Source: Thermoplasmatota archaeon
GTDB lineage: Archaea > Thermoplasmatota > E2 > DHVEG-1
DNA length: 64,000 nucleotides
NCBI GenBank assembly: GCA_016927555.1
Contig: JAFGML010000039.1
Location: 9,839-73,838 of the forward strand
Direction: 5' to 3'
Part shown: piece by piece, positions 49,215-62,600 of the stretch
Layout of the letters: every line of letters starts with the position of its first letter
How positions within the stretch are numbered: position 1 is the stretch's first letter
The notes under the pieces: generated by a model
Told to the model about the DNA's origin: nothing
The model's input: only the letters and a program-made list of their open reading frames with translations
Databases searched by the model: none
Program-made: the position numbers and the translations under genes

Positions 49215-49807
49215 CAATACTCACCATTGGAGTCGTGTCCCTGCAGGGGGCTGTCTCAGAACACCTGATGTGCATGACCCAGGCGTTACGACGGGACCAT
49301 CGGTCCGGGAAGGTTGTTTCTGTTCGACAGCCACAGGATATGAAGGCGTGTGATGCCTTGATTATCCCTGGTGGGGAGAGCACAACGATTTCTCGGATTT
49401 TAGTCAATGCAGGACTCCATCAGGCTATTAAGAAGCGAATGGAGCAGAACGATATCGCTCTGATGGGGACTTGTGCGGGATGCGCGTTGCTTGCAACAGA
49501 GCTATCGGACACCAAAGGAGATGTCCAGCTCCTGAGAGCAATGGAGATGCAGGTGCAGCGCAATGCCTTCGGACGACAAAAAGAATCCTTTGAACGATTT
49601 ATTGACATCACTGGGTTTGACGCGCCGTTTCACGCGGTGTTCATCCGCGCACCTGTTATTACAAAAGTCTGGGGCTCCTGTAAAATATTAGCACAGGTTG
49701 ATAAAAAAATTGTGATGGCCAGGCAGGGCAGCTACCTAGCCTTGTCGTTCCACCCTGAGCTCACCAACGACCTCAGAGTTCATGAACTGTTTTTGCAGAT
49801 GGTGTAA
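49208..49807 (+). CDS. pdxT: PLP synthase glutaminase subunit (start uncertain: CTG 49208, ATA 49217 or GTG 49235)
   Basis: [48 protein letters not shown]. Confidence 0.95.
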   Translation: MVTILTIGVVSLQGAVSEHLMCMTQALRRDHRSGKVVSVRQPQDMKACDALIIPGGESTTISRILVNAGLHQAIKKRMEQNDIALMGTCAGCALLATELSDTKGDVQLLRAMEMQVQRNAFGRQKESFERFIDITGFDAPFHAVFIRAPVITKVWGSCKILAQVDKKIVMARQGSYLALSFHPELTNDLRVHELFLQMV

Positions 49808-49809
49808 CT

Positions 49810-50130
49810 CTACGCCTTCATGATTGCAAGCAGGAAGATCCCTAGTGCGATCAATGCTCCAACAACCGCACCAACGACGGCGACAACACCGTTAATCACC
49901 GTGCCGGTGAACTGGAGGATCTCCAGTGGAGGCATGCCCATGAAGCTGCTAAGCACATTGGCGCCCCAGAGGAAAATGACGCCGACGAGTAACCCAATGA
50001 TAATCAGGATTGCTCCGACTGCTCTGCTTTTCCCAGACCCAAAGTAGGCGGTAAAGATTCCTGCGATGATACTTGCGATGGCAAACACCAGCGTCATCAT
50101 GCTTAGAAAATATTGTGCTAATCCTTCCAT
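49810..50130 (-). CDS. Small Gly-rich membrane protein (3 TM)
   Basis: 106 aa hydrophobic ORF, GIFTAYFGSGKSR; GGAG SD; 14 bp downstream of the Lrp-domain gene. Confidence 0.8.
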   Translation of the reverse strand: MEGLAQYFLSMMTLVFAIASIIAGIFTAYFGSGKSRAVGAILIIIGLLVGVIFLWGANVLSSFMGMPPLEILQFTGTVINGVVAVVGAVVGALIALGIFLLAIMKA

Positions 50131-50144
50131 TTTTTTTCAACTCC

Positions 50145-50378
50145 TTAAAATTTTGTTCCCGTGAGTGTTTTTGTATCAATCACTCCTTCAATAGACCGTA
50201 TCTTATTGACCACGATGTCCCCAAGGCTTTCGAAGTCATCTGCTTCGATTTTAGCGATGAGATCATATTCTCCAAAGAGTGGATGGAGTTCGATGATCTG
50301 AGGTACCTTGGAGAGCTTGTTGTAGACTTCATGTTCATGTGCGGGTGCAGCACTTATCAGGACAAAGCCTATTGCCAT
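50145..50378 (-). CDS. Stand-alone Lrp/AsnC ligand-binding (RAM) domain protein
   Basis: MAIGFVLI, LFGEYDLIAKIE, IRSIEGVIDTKTL; no HTH. Confidence 0.9.
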   Translation of the reverse strand: MAIGFVLISAAPAHEHEVYNKLSKVPQIIELHPLFGEYDLIAKIEADDFESLGDIVVNKIRSIEGVIDTKTLTGTKF

Positions 50379-50680
50379 AAAGGTTACCTTCCTCGCCACC
50401 CCTTATATTCTCATACGATATAAGTTTTACGTTATTTGATTCTCGTCTGTTATCTTAAGAAAGCACTTTTTTTCTCTGCAGGTGGCCCCCACCATTTTAC
50501 TTTTCTATTGAAACGATTTTTCGGTGTTTCTTAATAACAATAGAACGTTGGGAAGAGAAAAAATCAACCAATACTCCCCTTCTCTATAGCGGTCTTTTGA
50601 GCACAAAGAGAGGGTCCCTTAGAGAGGTGTTTCTCTGAGGGTTCAGGGCTGATGAGAGGATTGCTGATGACTTTTTTTTC

Positions 50681-53600
50681 TTAGGAAGCGTGTTTTTTCC
50701 GACGGACAATAATCAGGATGGCAAGCAGGATGCTGATGGTGATCACTGCGAGGATGGTCAGCAGGACGGGGAGGAGAGCGAGGGTGGCTTGGGGTTCTGC
50801 TGTGCTGTAGGCTTGGAGTTGTCCGGTTTCTGCGTTGAAACGGTAGTCCCAGGTGGCGTCCCCATCTACATCGAGGAGGTACCACCCCTCTTCGAGGTTG
50901 ACGGCTGTGGAGAGGTTGTCGGTGGTGTGGTGGAAGGTGTCGTACACGGTGTCATCGTCGTCATCGGTGAGGTAGCCGAGTGCTCCGACGAGGAGAACAT
51001 CGATGAGCATGGTGCGTCCGATGGCTGTGGAGTTGCTGTGGTTGTCAGAGGCGGTGATGGTGATACTGTAGATCCCTGGGGCAGTCCAGCTGTGGGTGAC
51101 CGGTGCTGAGGTGTTGTTCTCATGGAAGTCGGTGATGGTGGTGGGGCTGCCGTCTCCCCAGTGGATGGTGTACTGAAGGTCATCGTCGTCCATGTCACTA
51201 GCGGTCACAAAGAAGGTGTAGAGGGTGTTGGTTGTGCCGTTGTAGGGTCCTTGGATGCGTGGTGCCTGTGGCGGTTGGTTTGCGGTTGTGGTGATGGTTG
51301 CGGTGGTAGTGTCCGTGTCGGTGGCACCATTGTTGTCTTTGACGGTGAGGGTGACGGTGAAGACTCCTGCGGTGAGGTAGCTGTGGGTGATGGTCTTTCC
51401 TGTACCTGTTGTCCCGTCACCGAAGTCCCAGGTGTACAGGACGATGGTCCCGTCATCTGAGCTGTATGAGCCGTTGAAGAGGATGGGTTGTCCGATGATG
51501 CCTTGGTAGGGTTCGCCTGCTGAGGCGTTGGCAGTGGGTGGATCGTTTGCCGGTGGTGGGTTGTTGCCTGGTGGGGCGCCTGAGTCTTGAATGAAGGTGA
51601 CGGTGACGGTTTTATCCTCTGTCATGTTGATGGTGGTTGGGTTGATGTTGTTATTATTTGTACCAATCCATGAGGCAAAGCTCCAGCCAGAATTTGGGAT
51701 GGCGGTGAGGGTGACTAGTGTACCATTTGTGTATGTTATTCGCTCTGGGTTCTTTGTCACTGTACCTGAGCCGGTTTGGGAGATGCTGAGGGTGAATTCA
51801 TTTTCTGTGAAGTTTGCGATAATGGTCATGTCATCGGTGATGGTGATGGTATCGGGGTTTGTGTTGCCGGTGTGGTCTCCTTCCCAGTGGTCGAAGCTCC
51901 ATCCGTTGACTGGTGTTGCAGTGAGTTCGACGACATCGCCGTAGTAGTAGGCGGGTTGGTTTGGGTTTTTGGTGACGATGCCGGTTCCAATAACTGTGAT
52001 ACTGAGTGTGTATTCGTTTTGTGTGAAGTGTGCGGTAACTACTTTGTTGCTGGTCATGGTTATTGTCGTTGGGTTCGTACTGCCAGATACATCTCCGCTC
52101 CAGTGATCAAAGCTCCAGCCTTGGTCAGGGCTGGCCGTGAGTTGTACCGTATCACCATACACATAGGTGGACTGGTCTGGGTTTTTGGCGACGGTCCCGC
52201 TGCCTTGAGCAAGGATGGTAAGTGTGTATTGGTTAATGGTGAATTCTGCGTCAACTACAGAGTTTCCTGTGATAGTGAGTGTTTGTGGGGTGACGGTGCC
52301 ACTGAGGGCTCCACTCCATCCAGTAAAGGTCGATCCAACTGAGGCGTTCGCCCAGAATTTGACTTTCGCGCCGTAGTAGTACGGCCCTGAGTTGTTCTTG
52401 TCAACAGTTCCCAAACCTGTTCCGCTGGTTGTGATGGCTAGTGTGTATGGGCCATTTAATGAGAAGTGTGCCGTGACTGCTTTGTTGCCATTCATGGTAA
52501 TGGTCGTGGGGTTGGCACTGCCAGATAAATCTCCACTCCAGTGATCAAAATGCCAACCGGTCATGGAGGTGGCAGTGAGTTGTACATCTTGTCCATACGT
52601 ATAGGTTGGTTGATTTGGATATTTGGTGATAGTTCCTGCTCCCGCTGGGTCGACGGTGATTCTAATGGTGTATTGGTTTTGGGTGAAGTGTGCGGTGAGT
52701 GCCATGTTTCCGGTGATCGTCAGAGACGACGGGTTGGCAGATCCGCTGAGGTCTCCGCTCCAGTGGTTGAAGCTCCAGCCAGGGTTTTCGTTTGCGGTGA
52801 TTTGTACAATCTGCCCATATGTGTAGGTAGCCTGATTTGGATTCTTTGTAATGGTCCCTGCTCCTGCGGGGTCGACGGGGGTCGTCAGGGTGTACTGGTT
52901 CTGAATGAAGTGTGCGTTGACGATTTTATTGCAATCCATAATGATGGTGGTAGGATTGTTCGTACCAGTGATGTTTCCGCTCCAGTGATCGAAGTGCCAG
53001 CCGGTGGCTCCGTTCGCAGTGAGCGTAACCTCTTGTCCATATAGGTAAGTTGCTTGGTCTGGATCTTTGGTGACAGTGCCTTGTCCATTGGTGTTGATGG
53101 TGAGGGTGTATTGGATAGCTGTGTAGGTTGCGCTGACAGTGATATCATCTGCTGGCATAGTGACAAAGGTGGATGCTAAGCTGGGGTCGTCGAGGTGCTG
53201 GATATCTCCTGTCCAGGTGTAGAAGATGTAGCCTGCAGGCGGGGTGTTCGCGGTAATGTTGATGGTTGTTCCTTGCGTGTACGAGCCACTGCCTGTCCCG
53301 TTGATGACGGTGAGGTGGTAGGTGGGTATTTGAGTGAAGTTTGCAGTGACCGTTATATTGTGGACGATGGTGATTGTGTCGGGGTTGGTGCTGCCGGTGA
53401 GGTCTCCGCTCCAGTGATCAAAGCTCCAGCCGGTTGCAGGAACTGCTGTTAGGGTCACTTCTTGTCCATAGGTGTAGGTTGTATAGTCTGGGTCTTTCAG
53501 GACTGATCCTGATCCTTGTATAGTAATGTCTAGGGTGTATCCCGTGTCTTGTGTGAAATTCGCAGTTACAACCTTGCTTCCGTTCATGCGAATGATTATT

Positions 53601-56600
53601 GGGTTTTGGCTACTGACAACATCTCCTGACCAGTGGTGGAAATGCCATCCGGTTGCTGGTGTTGCTGTGAGTCTGACGAGTTGCCCATAGGTGTAGGTGG
53701 GTTGGTCTGGTGTTTTTGTTACCGTTCCGAATCCAAGGATGTTGATGGTGAGGGTATACTGGTCTTGGGTGAAATGTGCGGTGACCTGCATATTACCATT
53801 AATAATGATAGTATTAGGATTGGTGGTGCCAGTGAGGTCGCCGCTCCAGTGATCAAACGTCCATCCGGCATTTGCGACTGCGGTGAGTTCGACAGTTTGT
53901 CCATAGATGTAGGTAGTTTGATTTGGGTCTTTAGTGATAATTCCTCCTCCAGATGGTTGTATAGAAGTGGAGAGAGTGTAGTGATTTTCTGTGAAGTTCG
54001 CGATAACAACTTTATCACAGGTCATCGTGATGCTGGTGGGGTTGGTGCTGCCTGTGAGGTTGCCACCCCAGTGATTAAATTGCCAGTGGAGAGCAGGGGT
54101 TGCCGTGAGTTGTACTACCTGTCCGTAGGTGTAGGTTGTGTAGTTGGGGTTCTTGGACACTGTTCCTTGTCCTTGTATGGTGATGTTAAGGTAGTACTGT
54201 GTCAGGGTGAATTCTGCGTTGACGTTGGTGTTGCCTGTAATGGTGAGAGTTTGTGGGGTGACTGTGCCGGTGAGTGCGCCGTTCCAGCCAGTGAAGGTCG
54301 ATCCAACTGAGGCGTTTGCCCAGAGTGTGACTTTCGCGCCGTAGTAGTAGGGTCCTGAGTTGTTCTTGTCAACAGTGCCTGAACCAGTACCACTTGTCGT
54401 GATGGTGAGAGTGTAGGGTCCGTTGAGGGTGAAGTGTGCGGTGACTGCTTTGTTGCCGTTGATGGTGATAGTGTTGGGGTTGGTGGTGCCGGTGATGTCT
54501 CCGCTCCAGTGGTCGAAATGCCAGCCGGTGGCCGCATTCGCAGTGAGGGTGACGACTTGCCCGTAGGTATACGTAGCTTGGTTTGGATTTTTTGTAATCG
54601 TCCCTGCTCCTGCGGGATTGACAGTTGTGGTGAGGGTGTATTGGTTTTGTGTGAAGTGTGCGGTGACTGCCATGTTCCCGGTTATCATCAGAGAGGTGGG
54701 ATTGGCTGATCCGCTGAGGTCGCCACTCCAGTGATCAAATTCCCATCCGGGGTCGACGTTCGCGGTGAGTTGAACAATCTGCCCGTACGTGTAGGTAGCC
54801 TGATTTGGATTTTTCGTTATGGTTCCTGCTCCTACCGGGTTGACAGTGGTAGTCAGGGTGTACTGGTTCTGGGTAAAGTGTGCAGTGACTGTTTCATTCC
54901 CATCCATGGTAATTGTCGTGCTCGCTGCAGTTGGATGTGTCACGTCACCTGTCCAGTGGTCAAAACTGTAGCCCGCGAAAGGTGTGGCGCTCAGTGAGAC
55001 TATGGTTCCTTGTAGGTAGGTATGGCTACCGACAGCAGGGGTTGTTGTTCCTCCTTGTACGGGGTCAGCAGCAATGCTCAGGATGTAGTAAGTTGGTGTG
55101 GATCCTACGACTTCATCGACGCCGATGTCTGGTCCTGCTCCTTGTGGCACTGCGTCACCGTCGATATCTTCGGTGATTATCTGGATGATGGTGCCGTTGT
55201 CAATGGCTGGTGAGCCAGCAATCAGATGGTAGTCATGGGTTGAAGGATCAACAAAGAGCGGGTCACCGACGATGTACTCTGTTCCGATGTATCCTTGTCC
55301 GGAGTAGAGGTAGTTGAAAAGATTATGGTCAACTTCCAGGTCAACAGCGTAATTATTGTAGATAGATGGTTCTGTTTTCCCAGGACCATAATAGAAGATG
55401 TTGTTTTTCACCCGTGCAATCTGTGGACCATTGAGGAAGATGTCGTCTTCATTGATGTTGGCAAAGACGTTGTTGTAGATGTATCCGTTTTTATTCATGG
55501 CAACAGAAATTCCACCTGGTAAATCGTAGAGGATGTTGCCGTAGACATAGTTGGTGTCCTTGTAGGCGCATATCCCGGGGAGTCCTAGGTCTCCAGTGCT
55601 GGTATTGGCGGTGAGGATGTTGTACCGTACGGTGATTTCCGAGCCGTGTTGGAGATAGAGGACAGCACCTCCCTCTCCATCGGAGCGCGGGGAGACGCAG
55701 TAGTTGTGCTCAAAGATTCCGGTGGTGAAGTAGGGGACGCCACCGGTGTTTGAGATGAAGCAGAACTTACAGCCGGTGAAGGATCGGTCAAGGATGTTGT
55801 GGTGGATGAGAAAGTCGCTGTGACGTCCCGCAAGCTGGATGCTGTCACCAGGTGCGATTGCGTTGGTTGGTGAGACGAAGAAATCAAGGTTCACTCGATA
55901 GATGTTACAGTAGCCGACTTCAACGTTGTTCGTATGTTGTATGTAGATGCCGTCTTCAGCGATGTCATGGATAGTACAGTTCAATACTTTTATGTCGACG
56001 GAGATGAGATTGGCAAAGGCGTGTATGATGCGAACACCGTTGTAGAAGCCGTCTATTTCACAGTTCTCAAAGAGCAGGTGTTCACAGCGGATGTTGGAGT
56101 ACCAGTGACGAGTGAAGAATAATCCGCCGGTTCCCTTGTTGGTGGAGTTGAGGTGCAGGTCTCGGACCGTGATGTATCGGGAGGCAGATCCACTGATAAT
56201 GCCCTCAGAGTGAGACGAGGTGATGAGTGGTCGGTCCCCGGTTCCGTACGCACCAAAGGTGATGTACTTCTTGTAGTTGAGGACGATGCGGTGTGAGATT
56301 GAGCAGGTGGTGCCTCGTTTTTGCAGGTAGGTGTACCCATCTTGGTATGAGGTGATGTCTGCCCAGGTGTCAAAGGGGTGGGCAAATGACCCATCTTCCT
56401 CTGGGTCGTTGCCATTCTCTGGGTCGATGTAGATGGTTTGTCCTTGGGGTTGCGTGGGGTCGAAGTAGTAGACACCGATGATAATCTGATCATCGTCATT
56501 GGCGTGCAGTGGGTTGATGGTAATCGTGGTCTGTGGGAGGTTGGGTTCTATGATGTCTTCCATGGCGTAGAGTGCTGTCCACTGGTCAAACACAGTGCCT

Positions 56601-59600
56601 GCTGGTGCCGGGTTAGCGGTGATGGTGACGAGGTCACCGTCATAGTAGAACCCACTGCCGGTTCCATCGTTGACGATGAGTTCATATTGATCACCGGTTC
56701 CTTGTGTGTAGGTCGCGGTGACGCTGACATCGTCTGCTGGCATGGTCGCAAAGGTGGATGCTGAGGTGGGGTCGTCGAGGTGTTGGATGTCTCCTGTCCA
56801 GGTGTCGAAAGTATAACCCGCAGGAGGTGTGTTTGCGACAATGGTAACAATGGTTCCTTGAACGTAATTTCCGCTTCCTGAACCACTGTTGACTGTAAGA
56901 AGGTAGGTTGTTGCAGTCTGGTAGGTTGCTGTCACTTGGATGTTTTGAGCAGGCATGGTGACCGTGGTTTCTGCCGCGCTGGGGTCATCCAGGTACTGTA
57001 TGTCTCCGCTCCAGAGAGAAAAGATTTGTCCAGCGGGTGCGGAATCTGCAGCGATGGATACGATTGCTCCTTGTGAGTAGGTCCCGCTGCCTGTCCCGTT
57101 GATAACGGTGAGTTGATACGTGGGTGTGTTCATGAAATGAGCAGTGATGGTTGTATTGCTGGTGATGGTGATTTGCTCTGGGTTTGTAGTTCCACCAAGG
57201 TCACCTGACCAGTGACTGAACGCCCAGCTGGAATCAGGGATGGCCGTGAGCTCAACTACATCACCAGAGTGATAGGTTGGTTGATCAGGGCTAACAATGA
57301 CTGATCCTGCGCCATCAATAGAGATGGAAAGTGTGTATTGTTCTTGAGTGTTCTGCGACAGATTAAGTATCTGGGCATCTGTCAACGAAACATCATATAA
57401 GGAGAATTCATCAAGTACGCCATCTAGGTAATAATTTGCAATTTTTCCTAAGAAGAGGTCGGAGACCTGCTCGATGAAGAGAGCACCGCCTGATCCAGCG
57501 TTGAACATGGGTTGGAGTTGTCCATCAACAAAGATCTGATAGTTGCCTGTTCCCTCGTTGAACCGTGCGGCGATGTGATGCCAACCAGCGTCAAAGGTAC
57601 TTCGGGTAAACGTCCGGTAGTAGGGTGCAGGATCACCGCTTAAGACAGAAATGGTTTCATCACCGATGTAGTTGGAGCAGTCTCCTATCATCATGTTTCC
57701 ATCACGAGCATCTGTGAGGAACCGTACAATGGGTTGGTGATCATTGCTGTTGACAATTGGACCAACATTGGCCCAGAACGCTATGGATTTTACCTCAAAT
57801 TGATTCAGACCACTTGCTTCAATGTAATCGTCGATACCGTCAAATGAAATCGCACCACCACTTACTCCTTCTACCCTGAGTGCATTTCCGTTGATGATGC
57901 CATTGAATCCATTGCCTGATTGATCAATGACTGTGTTACCACTTGCTTCGTTGAAATTATAATACAGAACAACACCACTCGGTGGTGGTGGTAAATCAGT
58001 GTAGGTCGCTGTGACTGCAATGTTAGTCGCAGGCATGGTCACCGTGGTGCTTGCTGCGTTGACATTTGCGACATAGGGTGCACCAGTGCCGGTCCATTGG
58101 TCGAAGATCTGTCCGGCGGGAGGTGCATTGGCGACGATGGAGACAACCGTTCCTTGGGCGTAGCTTCCCGATCCTGTGCCACTGTTGACTGTGAGTACAT
58201 ATGTGATTTGTGTGAAGTTTGCGATAACAACTTTGTTACAGGTCATCGTAATGCTGGTGGGGTTTGCAGTCCCTGAGGTGTTGCCGCCCCAGTGGTTGAA
58301 AATCCAACCCGGGTCTGCTGTTGCGGTGAGTTGGACGACATCGCCGTAGACATACGTTGAATAATCTGGGTTCTTCGTCACCGTCCCACTGCCATGGATG
58401 ACAACGATGAGTGTGTACTGTTGTAGTGTGAAGTGTGCGGTAATGGTCTTGTTGCTGTCCATGATAATTGTGTCTGGGTTGGTGCTACCTGAGAGATCTC
58501 CACTCCAGTGATTAAACTGCCATCCTGGAGCTGCTACTGCTGTGAGTTCCACACTCGTACCACTTGGGTACTGTGGGAGGTCAGGATTAATGAGGACAGA
58601 GCCTTGTCCGTCCGTTGCAATAGATATTGTATAAATGGATGGGGTGCTGACGTCAACTTCATCGACTCCGATTTCAATGGGTCCATTTGAGCCGACGATG
58701 TCCCCGTCGAAATCCATGATGACGCCATCGATTTCGATTTCTGGTATGTAGAGTCCATTGCCGATTGCCGCAGATGTAGTGCTTATATGGAAGTCATTAT
58801 CGATGAACTCTGGGTCCCCTATGAAATCATTGGCGTCGAGGGGGTAGTGAGGTGTTCCTCCTTGTTCGATGCGGTTGGGGAAATCATAGGCGAAGAGGTT
58901 GTGTCCAACGTCACAGGATTCTGGTGTCCGTAGGATAACCGGGAAGGTTCTGCCTGGTGGGTAGTTGAAGATGTTGTTACTGATTACACTGCGTTCGCCT
59001 GGTTGCAGTGGTTGACTGCCGAAGCAGAACAGGCCGTACCACTGTCGGTCGCAGAGCCGCATGTTGAACACGTTGTTTGTACAGATGACTCGCGTGGGGT
59101 ACATGAAGGCGATGCCATCGGGGAAGTTGTCAAAGGTGTTGTAGTACACCTCAAGACCGCCGAACATCTGTCCGACGCCGCCAACAAGGTCATCTGGTTG
59201 GTCATTGTAGAATCTGTTGTAGCGTATGATGATGTTGGAGCCAGGGCTGATGTAGATGACGGCGCAGCCATCGCTGGGTTCTCCTGGTGGGTCGATGTCA
59301 TCGAAGGGTGGGTACATAGTGTTGCGCTCGACGATTCCTGTTGCTCCTTGGTTGACGTTTCCAGCGGTACCGTAGATGAAGCAGAATTTGTTTGCGGTAT
59401 CTCGTCTGTCGAAGGTGTTGTTATGGACGTGGAACCCGTCGCATAGTCCGATCATGTGGACACAGTCACCAGAGGAGTAGTCCTGGTAGGTCCAGGGTGC
59501 CTCCCATTCTTGGTTCACATGGTGGATGTAACAGCCGCCGATTTCGACGTTTTGTACGTCAATCATGAAAATACCGTCGTCATCAGTGTTGTAGATGTCA

Positions 59601-62600
59601 CAATTGAGCACTGATAAATCAGAGTAGCCAGCCGGGTTTTGATCGGATGGAAGCATTCGAATGCCGTTGAATGCTGTGGCTCGCACGTTTCCGTTGTCAT
59701 CAGAGGGGAGGAGCAGTCCATGGATTTCACAGTTTTCGATGTGGATGTGACCTGAGGGTAAGAGTGGATCAGCCATCCAGGTGATTTTGATAATGCCGGT
59801 CATAGTGTCATCTAGTGTGCTGGTGGCAATGAGATGGAGGTTTTTCACCGAGAGGTACTGGATGTGTCCACCGCCGATGAGCTTGTCACCACTGGATGAT
59901 TGGAGAATAGGTCGATCTCCTGTGCCGTACGCATCTAAGGTGACACCATAGCGGTCACTGAGATGCAGGTTCGATGAACCAAGGTCACACGTAGTGCCTC
60001 GTTTTTGGAGGTAGGTGGTGTTGTCTTGGAAGGACACATCGGTCCATGAGTCATAGGGGTGAGCAAGCGACCCGTCTTCTAAGGGATCGTTTTGGTTGGT
60101 CGGGTCGATGTAGACGATGTTTTCATTACCCGTACCACCACTGTATTCATAGGGTCCGATATCCCGTGCATCTCCCTGAGGAACAGGAACTCCATCTAAA
60201 TCGTTGTCTAATGCCTCTGGGTACTCGATTCCTTGGTCGATAGCGTTCAGTGAATCTGCAGTTAAGTGATAATCAGGCACATCGGGATGAAATAGATTTG
60301 CAAAACGACAGTAATCCTCGAAAACCTGTGGATCATCTGAATAGAGTTCAATGTTATTCTGCATCTGTACGCCAGCGCTATTCATCACGAGAAATGTGCC
60401 TTGCGGCATGAGAAAGATATTGTTTCTCAGATACGTTGGTAAATTCCCTGCGCTCATTAAGTAATATCTATCGCCAAACTGCTTGTAGCGGAAGAGGTTG
60501 TTGTTGACTTCTTTCAGGGACGGGCCATTCATAGCCACATAACCAAAGTTGTCAAAGATGTTGTATGAGATAATGGTATGGTCGTTCTCAGAGTTTATCT
60601 GTCCTATCGCTACCTCATCTGTGACTGGGACTTGCTGGCCGTTTGTCAGGGTGACTGTCTGCGGATGTCCTCTGTTAATAGCGGTGTTTCCATAGAATTC
60701 GAATCTCTCGATGTCGCCGTTGACGTAGATGAGATTCGATGAAGCTTCAGGGCATACCGTTGGGAAATACGACGGAGGATACATCGTGTTGTATCTTACG
60801 ATTCCTAGGGTGGCTTTCAATGTCGATGATGCTGTCCCGCCAGATATAAACGTAAATTTATTTCCGGTTCCTCTCTTGTCAAGAGTGTTGTTCTCAACAA
60901 GAAAGTGGTCTGTCCTGAGAATATGAATACAATTTGCCCCAGTTGCAATAACTGGATTGTTCAACCATTCCTGGTTGACATCATGAATGTAGCATCCTCG
61001 AATCTCTACTACGTCCCATAAGACTTCATAATTGGATTTACAGAAGATACCACTATCACTCTGATGATGGATGTCACAATCCTCAATGTATAAATGACTT
61101 GCAGCAGCGTTGGGTTGCGTTGGGTAGACTTCAGCATCAATACCCATCCAACCTCCTATGATCTCACAGTCTCTCACATAAATGTACGACGTCGTACCAG
61201 TACCCGTTGCTGTAATATAGAGGGGGCCATAGCCTGCTCCTGTAGGCATTTCAAGTTTATACCCACTGATTTCTATATGCTGTGAATTCTCAAACCGGAA
61301 CACACAAGAATTATCCACATTCTGAGTCAGATGTGGTCTATCGCCAGTACCGTACGTTGCGATGGTAACATTTACTTTATTGACCACTGAGATGAAGTAT
61401 GAAAGAGCTTCAAAGGTGCCTCGTTTCATGAGGTAGATGGTATTGCTTTGTATCGTTACATCAGTCCACGAGTCATAGGGATGTTGGGGAGATCCGTTTT
61501 CATCAGGATCGTTGACGTTCGTCGGGTCAATATAAATAATACCTGCTGTTCCTAGTTGTTCATACGTAGCTGTGACGATGAGATTTTGTGCAGGCATGGT
61601 CACAAAGGTGTCTGCTGAGCTGGGGTCATCAATGTATTGGGTATCACCGGTCCATTGATTAAACAGATAACCAGATGGTGCTGGGTCTGCAGAAATAAAA
61701 ACAATGGTTCCTGGGAGATACGAGCCATCTCCATTTCCATTTTCTACGGTGAGGTTATAGCTGATTGGTGCTGAGCCGTTGTACTCATCAGGTCCAATAT
61801 CGTAGCCGTATCCTTGAGGAATGGTATCTCCATCGATGTCAAAGAGAATTCCAACGTCAGTTCCGTTATCGATCGCCGGACTTGGCGACTGAATATGAAA
61901 ATCTCCACTAGTTATATCGACAAAATTTGGATTTCCAATTTGACTATTTGTCTCGCCACTCAGGGTTGTATCACTGTGGGTGTTCAGATAGAGGTTATGA
62001 CTTGCGGTAAGTGTCGTGCCACCATTGATATCAATGATGTTATCGCCAGGTTGATTCATGAAGATATTATTTTTTAGTTCCATATTGCTATTTGCAGAGG
62101 TTATGAACCGTTTCCCTGGGGCCGCATTATAGAAAACATTGTTGTAGTAGAATCCGTTACCCCATCCTGAAAACTCAGTGTTATCGTCAACACCACCTTC
62201 AATGGTGTTGCCATAGACATAGTAATACTGGTCATGGTTGTATTGGGGGTGATTCGCATCAGCGGTTTGAATGCAAATGCTTTTGTTGTTCGGCGCAAAA
62301 AATTGGTTGTAGCGGATGATCATATCACCATAGTAATGGCACACTGCAAATAATCCTGCGTTGCCACCTCCCTCAGTCGATGGCCCACTCACTGAATTAT
62401 ATTCAAACACTAACCCTTGAGCAGGGTCAGGGCCTGTGGCTTGTACAATGACGACGAACTTATTGCTGGTATCTGTTTTATCTAAAATATTGTGATGAAT
62501 GTGAAGCCCCTCATAATTATTCACCTGAAGATTATCTCCAGTACAGGAGTACGGATCTCCGCCAGGTAACTGGGGGCAGATGCCGCACCCTCCATCGAGA

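Noticed and set aside
50645-50680. CTGATGA twice, resembling a hammerhead core or C/D box
   Set aside because: No stem II plus GAAA arrangement and no properly placed C/D pair with terminal stem.
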